64,000 nucleotides of DNA from Planctomycetota bacterium (GTDB lineage: Bacteria > Planctomycetota > Phycisphaerae > UBA1845): NCBI GenBank assembly GCA_024280855.1, contig JAJRPG010000033.1, positions 16,556 to 80,555 of the forward strand, in the 5' to 3' direction. The translations under genes were made by a program, and so were the position numbers. Shown here piece by piece: positions 8,297 to 19,506 of the stretch. Each line of letters starts with the position of its first letter. Positions within the stretch are counted from its first letter, which is position 1. The notes under the pieces were generated by a model. That model searched no databases, was not told the origin of the DNA, and saw only the letters and a program-made list of their open reading frames with translations.

Positions 8297-9289
8297 TTAT
8301 TCATCTACGTTTATTTTGAATTTTTCCAGAAATCTATTGGGGTTGGCGTAGATGGTTTGCGAGCCTAGATTTTCTCGTTCAATGTCTTCCAGCTTGTAAC
8401 CTGGCGACATGGCACGGGGGAATTTATTGGTTCTAATCGCGCCGACATGCCCATCAGCGAAGGCGACGTTGGCTGAGCCTTCGCCTCCGGCGTGACGATA
8501 GCCTATGCGCAGGCCGTTTTGCTTTAGCCTTGTCGCGTATTGGTTGCCAGAGAAAATGCCGTCAGCTAAGGCGATGAGTCTTCCCGGTGTGGCGATTTTT
8601 GAAAAATAATTTGTCTTCATCACCTTTCCGTTTTTGCCTGGCCCGTAACCCACTGAGCCGGTGAAGTATGCGCCTTGATTAATCTCCCTCGGTACGCCGA
8701 TCAGATTTTCTCCGTTAATCCAATACGAAACGCGAATGATTTTATCGAAGCCTCGTTTGGGAATAGTTGTTGCCCGACTACCGGTAAAGCTGATGCTGAT
8801 GGGCCAATCGACGTAGCCTAGCGGGTTGTCTTTATTGCCGCCGCGATTTGAAATAGCTAGGCCAAGGTCGTCGTGGGTTTCCGGGCAGACGAACGGATTG
8901 CCGCGTAGTGAGTCGTTGCCAGCGGTGAATCCGTCGCGTTCGAGAATAGGCCCCCAGCCGTCGAGCGGGTTTGACCTTCCGCCGGAGACGCCGCGCATAT
9001 TATATGATGGGATGATGGCTTCGTTGTGGTATTCGCTGTAGGTGTAGATAGCTGTCATCAGCCCTTTGAGATTGCTTTGGCATACCGTTGATCGTGCAGC
9101 CATTCTCGCCTTGCCCAAGCTTGGCAGTAGCAAACCCATGAGCAGGGAAATGATAGCTATGACGACGAGAAGTTCGATCAAGGTGAGCGCGCGACGTTGC
9201 GCGAGAAATCTGTTTTGATGATTGATTTGGCGGTTCAATTTTCTACAAGCTTTGTTATGTGGAGATAGAATGCTTGTAATAGTTCGCAC
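8297..9289 (-). CDS. Prepilin-type N-terminal cleavage/methylation domain protein (DUF1559-like pseudopilin with H-X9-DG tail)
   Basis: [24 protein letters not shown] pilin-type N-terminal helix and C-terminal [17 protein letters not shown]. The leader is unusually long, so the start is uncertain. Confidence 0.8.
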   Translation of the reverse strand: MRTITSILSPHNKACRKLNRQINHQNRFLAQRRALTLIELLVVIAIISLLMGLLLPSLGKARMAARSTVCQSNLKGLMTAIYTYSEYHNEAIIPSYNMRGVSGGRSNPLDGWGPILERDGFTAGNDSLRGNPFVCPETHDDLGLAISNRGGNKDNPLGYVDWPISISFTGSRATTIPKRGFDKIIRVSYWINGENLIGVPREINQGAYFTGSVGYGPGKNGKVMKTNYFSKIATPGRLIALADGIFSGNQYATRLKQNGLRIGYRHAGGEGSANVAFADGHVGAIRTNKFPRAMSPGYKLEDIERENLGSQTIYANPNRFLEKFKINVDE

Positions 9290-9292
9290 AGT

Positions 9293-10810
9293 TTATCTCG
9301 CGCAATTTGGATCACCCACGACATCTTGCCCAGTGAAACATCGGGTCAGTTTTGCGAAATCTTTAAGATCGACGTCGTTATCTTCATCCAGCAGAGACAA
9401 ATCGCATTCGGGTGATGCTACGGCTTGGTCCGGGCCTAGGAAACAATCTGCGATGATGGCGTAATCTGTTTCGTCTATATCGTCGTCGCCGTCGGCGTCA
9501 CCGAAAATGGGTGGGATGATGGGCGTGTCGAATCGTAAGACGCGGTTGTTGGTCGTGTCAGCTATGTACATATTATGTGAGGCATCAAAGGCGACTCCGG
9601 TTGGTCCCCATAGGCCATCGGCGTCGGTGGCCTCGCCCGGTAAGCCATGGTTGGGGCTGTTCGCGGAGGCGCTATCGAGCTGGCCGAGCGTGCGCGAGGG
9701 GGTACTCGATTCAAGCGGTTTATTGAAAACGATCAGCCTATGATTGGCGGAGTCAGCTACGATCAATTGGCCAAAGGCGTCTACGCTGACGTCGTTCGGG
9801 TTGTTTAACCCGTTTGTAGTGCCGCCATTGTTGGGCACGTCGCTGGTGAAGTTAGGTTGGCCATAAACAGCGTCTGCGGTGGTGTCGGATGTCAAGGGGT
9901 TGTCATATCGAAGTACGCGACTATTGGCCCAGTCTGCGATGAATAGTGAGCCATCGCCGCCAATAGCGATGCCAATGGGGTTGAATAGGTTGTCTGCGGA
10001 AGGATCACCGCAAGAGCTATTTTCGTCAACGCACATGCCGCTGCCATTATTATTTTTGTAGGGGGTCGTAAAGCTGCCGAACTGTCCGAATACGCGGTCA
10101 GCGGATGCGCCGTTAGTGATTGGGTTGGTGAAATGAAGCACCCGGCTATTGCCTGAGTCCGCGACCCAGACGTCGTTACCTTGCGCCAGTACCCGACCCG
10201 GAAAAGACATTGTATCAGCGCGGGCGACCGTTTCGCCTAGCCCCCCGTTTTCGCCGGCGCTCGTAAAATCAGCTTGACCTAATACTAACGTAGCTGCGGC
10301 GCCGGTAGTAACGGGATGACTAAATCGCAAGACGCGATGGTCCACGGCATCCGTGACCCATAGGTTGCCGTTGTCATCGACGGAAATGCCTTGCGGTAAA
10401 AACATGCTCGTGGCACTCACGCCAACGGCGAATGAAAAAGCATCGCTAACGAAGTTTGGCTGACCGACCACAACATCAGCCGAGTCGCCATTTTGGAACG
10501 AAGCGGCGCTAGGCCAACCGAGTACGCGGTTGTTGTCGGCGTCAGCCACGAAGATTCGTCCGTCCGGCGAGATAGCTATATGAGAAGCGTTTGATAACGC
10601 AAGCGTCGCAGCAGTAGGTGGTAAATCTATATCGTCTGGTTCGTTTGATTCAAGATTCGGCTGTCCTAGCGCCGCATCCGCCGTCGTGTCATCGGGGCTT
10701 GCAAAACAAATTCCGGGTGCGGCGAAAATAAAGAGAATAACAAGCGCACGAAGGTAAACTCCTAACGAGCCGCGGGCTTCAGCCCGCGCGGACTTTCGAT
10801 AGTCAACCAT
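9293..10810 (-). CDS. NHL-repeat beta-propeller protein with a C-terminal dockerin-like double Ca-binding repeat
   Basis: Recurrent N(N/S/H)R(V/L)(L/I)(R/G/H/V)(F/W/Y) blades. Signal peptide LRALVILFIFAAPGICFA. The tail holds DADGDDDIDETDYAIIADCF and DEDNDVDLKDFAKLTRCF. I start at ATG 10808-10810 because the 5' extension in the ORF track only translates REP repeats. Confidence 0.75.
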   Translation of the reverse strand: MVDYRKSARAEARGSLGVYLRALVILFIFAAPGICFASPDDTTADAALGQPNLESNEPDDIDLPPTAATLALSNASHIAISPDGRIFVADADNNRVLGWPSAASFQNGDSADVVVGQPNFVSDAFSFAVGVSATSMFLPQGISVDDNGNLWVTDAVDHRVLRFSHPVTTGAAATLVLGQADFTSAGENGGLGETVARADTMSFPGRVLAQGNDVWVADSGNSRVLHFTNPITNGASADRVFGQFGSFTTPYKNNNGSGMCVDENSSCGDPSADNLFNPIGIAIGGDGSLFIADWANSRVLRYDNPLTSDTTADAVYGQPNFTSDVPNNGGTTNGLNNPNDVSVDAFGQLIVADSANHRLIVFNKPLESSTPSRTLGQLDSASANSPNHGLPGEATDADGLWGPTGVAFDASHNMYIADTTNNRVLRFDTPIIPPIFGDADGDDDIDETDYAIIADCFLGPDQAVASPECDLSLLDEDNDVDLKDFAKLTRCFTGQDVVGDPNCAR

Positions 10811-10899
10811 GCTTAATCTATCTATGAAATTTCGGATTGAATTCTTGTAATTAACGCTTCGTAAGCCTGTTAAACGTCTGACCCCCGCGCGGGCTGAAG
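10767..10899. repeat. Inverted pair of family A REP hairpins bracketing the NHL gene start codon
   Basis: gagccgcgggcttcagcccgcgcggact (10767-10794) and cccgcgcgggctgaagcccgcggctc (10874-10899). Confidence 0.85.
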
Positions 10900-10997
10900 C
10901 CCGCGGCTCTTTTTTCAGAGCGTCAACCCAGCTATATTTGTTTCCCATATCCCAGTCCCCCCCCTATCGTTCTGGTTATGTTTGTTCTGCGATTTTT

Positions 10998-12119
10998 TTA
11001 TCGCTGCGCAACAGCTGTTACGCTGCGTTCCTTTGGCCCGACGTAACTACTTAGCGGTCGATAGATGCGGTTGTTTTGACTCTGTTCGATAAAGTGAGCG
11101 CACCAGCCTGACATACGGCTGCACACGAATAGCGGGGTGTATAAATCCAGCGGAAGGTCGAGCAAGTAGTAAGTAAGTCCGCATGGGTAATCGACGTTGG
11201 GATAAATCGGTCGTTCTTTACCGACGATAGGGTCTTTGATTGCGTCGTAAATAGCAACCATGTCCATCCGCCCTTTTTGCTCGGCGAGTTTGCGCATTTC
11301 GCATTCGAGAATGTGTGCGCGATGGTCACCGTTTTTATAGACGCGATGGCCAAAGCCCATGACTCTTTCCTTGCGGGCTAAAGCCTCTTGAACCCAGGTC
11401 GCGGCTTCTTCTGCCGATTTGAACCGCGAGATAAGTTCCATCGCTCGTTCATTAGCCCCACCGTGAAGCGGCCCCTTTAATGCGCCAATCGCGCCCGTCA
11501 CTGCTGAGACCATGTCTGAAGTCGTAGAGCCTATGACTCGTGCGGTGAACGTGCTCGCATTGAATTCGTGTTCGGCATAAAGCACGAGGGTAAGGTCCAG
11601 CAGTCGCGTGGATGTTTCGTCTGGTTCGGTGCCGTGAGCCATGTATAAAATTTGGGCGGCGTGAGATAAACCAGATTTTGGTCTGACAGGCTCTTTGCCA
11701 TTAAGCAGTCTGAAGCGGGCTGCGACCACGTCGGAAGACACCGCTAATAACCACACGGAGCGCTTGCGTAAATCGTCTAGAGACTCTCCTTTGGTTGGAT
11801 CAAAATGACCAGCCATGGATACCCCACTGCGCAGGACGTCCATCATCGGCGCGTCTTTGGGCAGACTGCGAATCATTTCGATAATAGGGCGAGGCAGGCC
11901 GTGATAGCTATCCAGCAATTGTTGAAAAGACGCGAGTTGATCTTTGTTGGGCAGGTCGCCATAAATAAGCAGATGCGCGACTTCACTAAAATCAACATGC
12001 TCAGCTAAGTCGGAAATAGTGTAGCCTCGATAGAGCAATTTCCCTTGGTCTACGCAGCAAATATCTGTATCGCTAGCCACGATACCTTCCAAACCTGGGT
12101 TGGCGACGAATGTAGTCAT
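10998..12119 (-). CDS. prpC: Citrate synthase family protein, probably 2-methylcitrate synthase
   Basis: GLEGIVASDTDICCVD...LLYRGY, GPLHGGANE and MGFGHRVYKNGDHRA motifs. It lies next to methylisocitrate lyase. Confidence 0.8.
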   Translation of the reverse strand: MTTFVANPGLEGIVASDTDICCVDQGKLLYRGYTISDLAEHVDFSEVAHLLIYGDLPNKDQLASFQQLLDSYHGLPRPIIEMIRSLPKDAPMMDVLRSGVSMAGHFDPTKGESLDDLRKRSVWLLAVSSDVVAARFRLLNGKEPVRPKSGLSHAAQILYMAHGTEPDETSTRLLDLTLVLYAEHEFNASTFTARVIGSTTSDMVSAVTGAIGALKGPLHGGANERAMELISRFKSAEEAATWVQEALARKERVMGFGHRVYKNGDHRAHILECEMRKLAEQKGRMDMVAIYDAIKDPIVGKERPIYPNVDYPCGLTYYLLDLPLDLYTPLFVCSRMSGWCAHFIEQSQNNRIYRPLSSYVGPKERSVTAVAQR

Positions 12120-12171
12120 AAGTTAGTACTCCTAAAATAAAATCGCGTTGACAACGACGTTTGCCTTGAGC

Positions 12172-13041
12172 CTATTTCGTAGGCGGTCCTGTCATGTCGT
12201 ACTCGAGCAGTTCATATAATTCGGCACGCGTTTGCATGCGATCAACGAATGATTTCTGACTTCGCTCTACCTTGAGCGTGCGAAGTGCGTCCTGCATAAC
12301 ACCCATCGCTAGTCGCTGGAATGTCACCGGGAAGATGACGATGTTGTAGCCCATTTCGGCGAATTCGTCGACCGTGAGATACGGCGTCTTGCCGAATTCG
12401 GTCATATTCGCCAACAAAATAGTGTCTACGTCTTTGGCGAAGCGGGTTAATTCTTCTACGTCGTGAAGCGCTTCGGGGAATATCCCATCTGCCCCGGCTT
12501 TTAAGTAGGCATGCGCCCGACTCACGGCTTCATCATAACCCACCACGCCGCGTGCGTCGGTGCGGGCGAGAAGTAAAAAATCGTCGTTGGTTTTTGCTTC
12601 AGCTGCGGCTGCAATCTTTTCGCACATCTCTTCAACCGACACCAACTTCTTACCATCAAGATGGCCACATCGCTTGGGGAATTCCTGGTCTTCCAAATGA
12701 ATGCCGCTGACACCGATAGACTCTAAAACGCGCACGGTTCGAGCCGTGTTTTCGCTTCCGCCATAACCGGTGTCCGCGTCGAAAATAATGGGAATTGTCG
12801 TAGAGCGGGCTATGTGGTCGGCATGGTCTCGTGCTTCAGTGAGCGTCATCATTCCCGTGTCAGGCATGCCGCCGACAGAGTTAGCTAATACTGCGCCGGA
12901 AAGGTACATCGCGCCGAACCCTTCTTTTTGAATTAGGCGGGCGCTGAGCGCATTAAACGCACCGGGCATCATCACGACGCCCTTGTCGAGTTGGCTTCGT
13001 AAGTTAGCCGATCTTGCTGATGATGTTTGTGAAGGTGGCAT
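12172..13041 (-). CDS. prpB: Methylisocitrate lyase (PEP mutase/isocitrate lyase superfamily)
   Basis: MPGAFNALSARL, IIFDADTGYGG and HLEDQEFPKRCGHLDGK (KRCGH motif). Confidence 0.8.
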   Translation of the reverse strand: MPPSQTSSARSANLRSQLDKGVVMMPGAFNALSARLIQKEGFGAMYLSGAVLANSVGGMPDTGMMTLTEARDHADHIARSTTIPIIFDADTGYGGSENTARTVRVLESIGVSGIHLEDQEFPKRCGHLDGKKLVSVEEMCEKIAAAAEAKTNDDFLLLARTDARGVVGYDEAVSRAHAYLKAGADGIFPEALHDVEELTRFAKDVDTILLANMTEFGKTPYLTVDEFAEMGYNIVIFPVTFQRLAMGVMQDALRTLKVERSQKSFVDRMQTRAELYELLEYDMTGPPTK

Positions 13042-13349
13042 GTCTAATTTCCCTCTCGTAATAACTTCTGACGAGTCCTAGATCATGCACAAAAACGCGG
13101 TTTTGGCAAGTTTTCGCAAGGTTTTCCTTGCTCGTTAGGCCATGCGAAGCGTAGAATCAATGATGGTTGATATGGCAAATCATTTTGTCGGAGGCGATGG
13201 CGACGACATGGGAAAGGGCACTGCCAAAAATGCGGCTACGATTTGACAGGTAACGAGTCGGGCATTTGCCCTGAATGCAGCTTGCCAATCATCCTTGATA
13301 AAGGGCATCGCGGTAGATCATGAGACATTCTGGCAACAGCGACAACCGC

Positions 13350-14303
13350 CTACACCACCACTCGGCGTCGTAACCTAATCGCCGCTTCTATAGTATAAAC
13401 GGCTATCCCCGTCCAAATTAGCCCAAAGCTTACCAAGTGTGTGCGGGTAAATGGCTCGTGGTACATCACTACGCCTAGGGCGAGTTGCATGCTTGGCGCT
13501 AGGTATTGCATGAAACCCATGGTGGCTAAGCGTAGTCGGCGGGCGGCGTTGGCGAACCATAAGAGCGGAATAGCGGTGATCGCGCCTCCGAGTGCCAACA
13601 ATATGTCAGTAGAACGTGATATGTGTCCAAATTCAAGATTTTGATTCCAGGCTAAGTACGCCAAGTAACCCACAGCTAGGGGTAATAGCAAAGACACTTC
13701 AAAGGTCAGGCCGACCAGCGAATCCACATGCATGGTTTTACGCATTAAGCCGTATAGGCCAAAAGAGAAGGCTAGGACAAGTGAGATGACCGGCAAGCCC
13801 CCCAATCCAAACGTCATAAAAACAACGCCGCTAGCCGCAAATGCTACGCTTAACCATTGCCACGCGCGTAATCTTTCGCCTAGAAATATGTAGCCTAGCA
13901 CAACGCTGACTAGCGGGTTGATAAAATACCCCAAGCTGGCTTGCACGATTTGATTATTCGCTACGGCCCAAATGAAGGTGAACCAGTTGATCGCTATGAG
14001 TGTGGTCGAGCCTAGCAGGGCGACGACCACGCCAGGCTTACGCAGCGCCGCTATCGCTTCTGGCCAACGACCTTTAAGCTTCATGAGTAAAGTTAATAAT
14101 GCGACGGACCATACGATACGATGGGCCAGGATTTCCGGAGCGGCGACGTGGGCGACAGCTTTGAAATAAATGGCTACAACGCCCCACCACAGATAGCAGC
14201 CTAGAGCGTACATGACCCCGACGCGCGTTTCGCGTGCCTGTGCAAATGAATTCTCGGATTGAGTAGTTGAGGGAGCGCTGGGGGAATCAAGTTGTTTGAG
14301 CAT
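13350..14303 (-). CDS. rarD: EamA/RarD family transporter
   Basis: Ten hydrophobic segments. GCYLWWGVVAIYFK...EILAHRIVWS resembles the RarD N-terminus. Confidence 0.7.
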   Translation of the reverse strand: MLKQLDSPSAPSTTQSENSFAQARETRVGVMYALGCYLWWGVVAIYFKAVAHVAAPEILAHRIVWSVALLTLLMKLKGRWPEAIAALRKPGVVVALLGSTTLIAINWFTFIWAVANNQIVQASLGYFINPLVSVVLGYIFLGERLRAWQWLSVAFAASGVVFMTFGLGGLPVISLVLAFSFGLYGLMRKTMHVDSLVGLTFEVSLLLPLAVGYLAYLAWNQNLEFGHISRSTDILLALGGAITAIPLLWFANAARRLRLATMGFMQYLAPSMQLALGVVMYHEPFTRTHLVSFGLIWTGIAVYTIEAAIRLRRRVVV

Positions 14304-14319
14304 GATATTTAATAAGCAT

Positions 14320-14363
14320 GAGCCGCGGGCGAAATAAAATCTCGATACGTCGAGAGTCCGCGC
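14320..14363. repeat. Disrupted family A REP unit
   Basis: The half-sites gagccgcgggc and agtccgcgc are separated by an unrelated 24-nt insert. Confidence 0.5.
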
Positions 14364-14473
14364 AGAGGAGTAGCCACGTTACTCCTAGTCATGATAGTAA
14401 ATGGTTTATCAGCTCGCCAGTCTTTACAACGAATGGCACAACTCAAATACACGTCATCTTCGAAAAATTGCCA

Positions 14474-14573
14474 TAAGAGCCGCACGGCGCAAGCCTGCGG
14501 GCATACTCCGGCGCGAGTCGCGCCTATCGGATACGCACCCTATCTGTCACTAGGCTTGCGCCAGGTGCTCTGA
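14474..14573 (-). repeat. MITE-like element, family B (reverse orientation)
   Basis: taagagccgcacggcgcaagcctgcgggca ... actaggcttgcgccaggtgctctga, 100 bp. Confidence 0.85.
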
Positions 14574-14609
14574 ACGCTTCAATATGTATATACGACATTC
14601 CATATGCGA

Positions 14610-14636
14610 AGTCCGCGCGGGTTGAAACCCGCGGCT
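14610..14636. repeat. Family A REP hairpin (variant loop)
   Basis: agtccgcgcgggttgaaacccgcggct. Confidence 0.8.
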
Positions 14637-14645
14637 TGTTTTTAT

Positions 14646-16343
14646 TCAAGCTGAAACAACGGCTTCATGGCGGAACTCGCAATATGTCGGAGGTTCGTAG
14701 GTCCACCCTTCGCTCAGGCGGCGCTCCTCTTTTTTCATATGGTGCAGGATGTATCGGCCTGCGATGGGGGCGATGATTCGGGATATTATTCCGAACTCGC
14801 GGTGAAGCTCGTCGAGGAGATTTGAAATTTTTTCCCTCATGCGGACATCATGGCTAAGCCTTTTTCGAGCGGCCCAGAGTACGCCGGAGAAGGTTGTCTT
14901 TAGCTCGCGGACTTCCCATGCGAAGCGTTCTCGAATTCGCGCGTCGGGATGATTTTTGTATCGCCGCCAGCCTTGAAGCATGGTCCGCACAATCCGAACC
15001 ACGCTAGGGCCGTTCACTTTGAAATCACGTTTGAACGCACGCACGATAATTTCGCTTTCCTCTCCGTCTTTGAAATTCTTATGGCGATAGTTGAAACGAT
15101 ATTGGCCATGGGTGTCGGAGAGGGGAAACTCGTCGTTGCTAAAGAGTCGGCCTTCTGCCCCAATTTCGTCATGTAACGGCGTGCCGAGGATTGGCGTGTA
15201 GAGCATGAACTGGTGGAACTCGGTGTCATGGTTAACCGCGTGTTCGATAGCTGCGTCGATGTTTTCTGGCGTGTGTTCTTCCAGGCCTATGATGGTGGAA
15301 CCCAATACGCGGACGCCGTGCGACTGGAGTGTGCGGACGAGTTCATGGGTGTTCGCGCCGTTGAGCTTGGCGTATTGTGAGCCTTCGCCTTCAAGGCCCA
15401 TCCAGACCCACGAGATGCCCAGGCCTACCAGTTGATCGATGGTATAAGCGCGTAGGACATTGGCTGAGCTGAAGACGTATAACGCCCAAGGTTTTTTGTG
15501 TTCAATCATCAGGTCTAATAGTCGCAGCGCGCGTTTTCGGTAGATCAGGAAGTTTTCGTCCATGACGAAGAACGATTGCGTGTTCAGGTTTTTTTCGAGC
15601 TTGCACATCACCTCAAATAGCTCGTCGCCCGTTTCATAGAAATGAACATAATGCCCCTTGCCGCCGAACATCGCCGAGGTTGAGCAGAAGTTGCAGCCCA
15701 TCGGACATCCAACGGAGGGGATAAGCGTAGCTGCGACATCGCCCGGTTTGTCTCGTGCTGGTAAGCCCAAGGCTCGTGCGTTGATTCCGGCTAGGATGTT
15801 GGGATGATTTATCGGCGCGCTTTCGTCGTCACCAAGGAATCGCCTCATCCAACGAATCCCTTCGCCCCTGACGATGTGGTCCGCGTCGATACGATGCTGA
15901 AGGTCAGGCACGTTGCATACATGGCCACCGATAACGATGGTCGCTTCGGGCAGATGCTCTCGAATTAGCTCGCACATATTCTTAACTTTGAGAATGTTCG
16001 GAATAATCGAAGTAATCCCAACGACATCGTAATGATTGTTCGTTATTTCCTCGATGAACCGATCGCGCGTCGGGAAATCCAGCAGCGTACACGGTGCGGA
16101 AATGTTATGCTGGATAAGCATGATCCCCCATGAACGATGAAACATGCGGAGCGAAAACGCTTCTTGCACGCGCGTCACCTGGTTGTGATACAGCTCCATC
16201 GGGTTAAGCGTTCGGCTACCATACTCATCATCTTGGGCATATGGCCCAAAAACGCTACACAACAACACGCGGGCCTTGTTACCTTTGGGATGGGTCGCGT
16301 TCGTAGCTACAGGCGTAGAGATAGGGAGTGTAATTGTACTCAT
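14646..16343 (-). CDS. B12-binding-domain radical SAM protein (class B-like), substrate unknown
   Basis: The N-terminal Rossmann-like part contains YDVVGITSI...ATIVIGGH. The cluster motif is GCPMGCNFC (C-x3-C-x2-C). 565 aa. Confidence 0.8.
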   Translation of the reverse strand: MSTITLPISTPVATNATHPKGNKARVLLCSVFGPYAQDDEYGSRTLNPMELYHNQVTRVQEAFSLRMFHRSWGIMLIQHNISAPCTLLDFPTRDRFIEEITNNHYDVVGITSIIPNILKVKNMCELIREHLPEATIVIGGHVCNVPDLQHRIDADHIVRGEGIRWMRRFLGDDESAPINHPNILAGINARALGLPARDKPGDVAATLIPSVGCPMGCNFCSTSAMFGGKGHYVHFYETGDELFEVMCKLEKNLNTQSFFVMDENFLIYRKRALRLLDLMIEHKKPWALYVFSSANVLRAYTIDQLVGLGISWVWMGLEGEGSQYAKLNGANTHELVRTLQSHGVRVLGSTIIGLEEHTPENIDAAIEHAVNHDTEFHQFMLYTPILGTPLHDEIGAEGRLFSNDEFPLSDTHGQYRFNYRHKNFKDGEESEIIVRAFKRDFKVNGPSVVRIVRTMLQGWRRYKNHPDARIRERFAWEVRELKTTFSGVLWAARKRLSHDVRMREKISNLLDELHREFGIISRIIAPIAGRYILHHMKKEERRLSEGWTYEPPTYCEFRHEAVVSA

Positions 16344-16534
16344 ATGGGTTGTACCTCCATGTATCAGCTAAAAAGCTTGTAATGTCGAGGGCTGTGTCAT
16401 TTCCGCACAGCGACGCTCGCCGCGCAGACATATCACCAGCTATATGGTCGAAAGTTATTGCACGTTCTGTTCCGCCGAAGTTCTTTGGAGGTGATTATTG
16501 AAAATAAATTGTATGATTAAGTAAGTTAAGTAAA

Positions 16535-17074
16535 TTAACTGGATGATTCTTGGCTAAGATACCGCTTGATCTGGCCAATATGAGACAAATCATGGCCAGC
16601 CATCATGCGCATGAGGGTGTCGAGAGATTCCGGCCCTCGTTCATTGTGTAGGCCTGTTCGGGTTAAGTCGCTCGGCGACATCTGTTTCCAAACAGCGAGA
16701 TTCATGTTTCGCAGGCTACGAAAATTTTCGATCAGCACGCCGGAATCCTGGTCATTGGATTTAAGATTCACGACCCAAAGGTCTTGGTCCAGTTCCAGCA
16801 GTTGCGGCTTATCCTCGCAGAGCATGCGCCTAAGGCGAAAGCCAAAAATCCACTCGGTTTGCTCGAGATGTGCCAAAATTTCGTTCGGCGTCCACTTTCC
16901 CTCAAAAGGCCGATGTCGCATTTGTTCAGGTGTGTGGGCGTCGGTGATTTCAGCCAAGGCATCAGCTGTCATCGCAGCGACATCGAGCGGATGCCTGTCA
17001 CCGAGCAACCCGAATAATTTTTGCCGATACTTTTCCGGATCATCGATCCATTGCGATGGTGGTGGTTGGGGCAT
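16535..17074 (-). CDS. DinB superfamily protein
   Basis: The His triad pattern is ILAHLEQTE ... HDLSHIGQIKR, and the length is about 180 aa. Confidence 0.65.
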   Translation of the reverse strand: MPQPPPSQWIDDPEKYRQKLFGLLGDRHPLDVAAMTADALAEITDAHTPEQMRHRPFEGKWTPNEILAHLEQTEWIFGFRLRRMLCEDKPQLLELDQDLWVVNLKSNDQDSGVLIENFRSLRNMNLAVWKQMSPSDLTRTGLHNERGPESLDTLMRMMAGHDLSHIGQIKRYLSQESSS

Positions 17075-17118
17075 TGACGATATTCCTTTGTTAAGTGTGA
17101 CTGCGTTATATATGCCTT

Positions 17119-19101
<1,983 letters not shown>

Positions 19102-19149
19102 CTAACAGGTCCAGGCCGGTGAGTGATTTTGGAATGACGGGCGAGTGTA

Positions 19150-19250
19150 GGCTCGAACGCCGCTTTCCTACGCAGGATTTTTCGTGGCGAATCTCCGCCG
19201 ATCCTGATCAGGTTCCAAGGTTCTGCTCTCAGCCCCGTTCGCAACGAGGC
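19150..19250 (-). promoter_or_regulatory. TPP (THI-box) riboswitch
   Basis: The minus strand reads cgaacGGGGCUGAGAGcagaACCUUGGAACCUGAUCAGGAU...AUCCUGCGUAGGAAAgcggcguucg. The P1 helix cgaac/guucg closes at 19154-19158 and 19238-19242. The element lies directly upstream of thiC. Confidence 0.9.
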
Positions 19251-19506
19251 ACACCCAGCGACTGTAGTGAGTATGTAGTGTGCGGGTCCGATATCGTCAA
19301 CTTTTGATGGTCAATAATGACGCTTGGGGCTGCCATGCAGATTCCACGGTCTCGAAACATGTATGGGGACGTCCAGCTCTCGATTGCCCATCCCTCAACT
19401 ATAAAACTTTTAAGAGTCAAGCAACCAGTTCTCGAACGTGCCGGCAAACACTGCGATGGTGAGTATTTCGACAGGGTGCAGCTATCTCATTGCCCGATCC
19501 CCCTTA

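Noticed and set aside
8136-8351. Short ORFs translated through repeat elements: 6068-6350, 8136-8351, 42199-42393, 45510-45713 and 31859-32089.
   Set aside because: Their sequences (…PRGLKPAAR…, …[11 protein letters not shown]…) are just translations of the REP/MITE units found in both orientations. They are not genes.
10811-10948. The N-terminal 46-codon extension of the NHL gene in the ORF track.
   Set aside because: The extension consists of REP-unit translation (KKEPRASARAGVRR). The ATG at 10808-10810 is followed by a proper signal peptide.
10998-13041. prpC-prpB without prpD/acnD, considered as a possible incomplete or novel methylcitrate pathway.
   Set aside because: The missing steps may simply be encoded elsewhere in the genome. 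Nothing in the two genes themselves is unusual.
13171-13323. A stop-to-stop frame encoding ...GHCQKCGYDLTGNESGICPECSLPI..., a zinc-ribbon motif like the one in the 2579-3217 protein.
   Set aside because: The frame contains no ATG, GTG or TTG before the motif. The nearby ATGs (13172, 13208) are in a different frame. It is most likely a decayed gene fragment or a frameshifted mini-ORF and cannot be supported as a gene from sequence alone.
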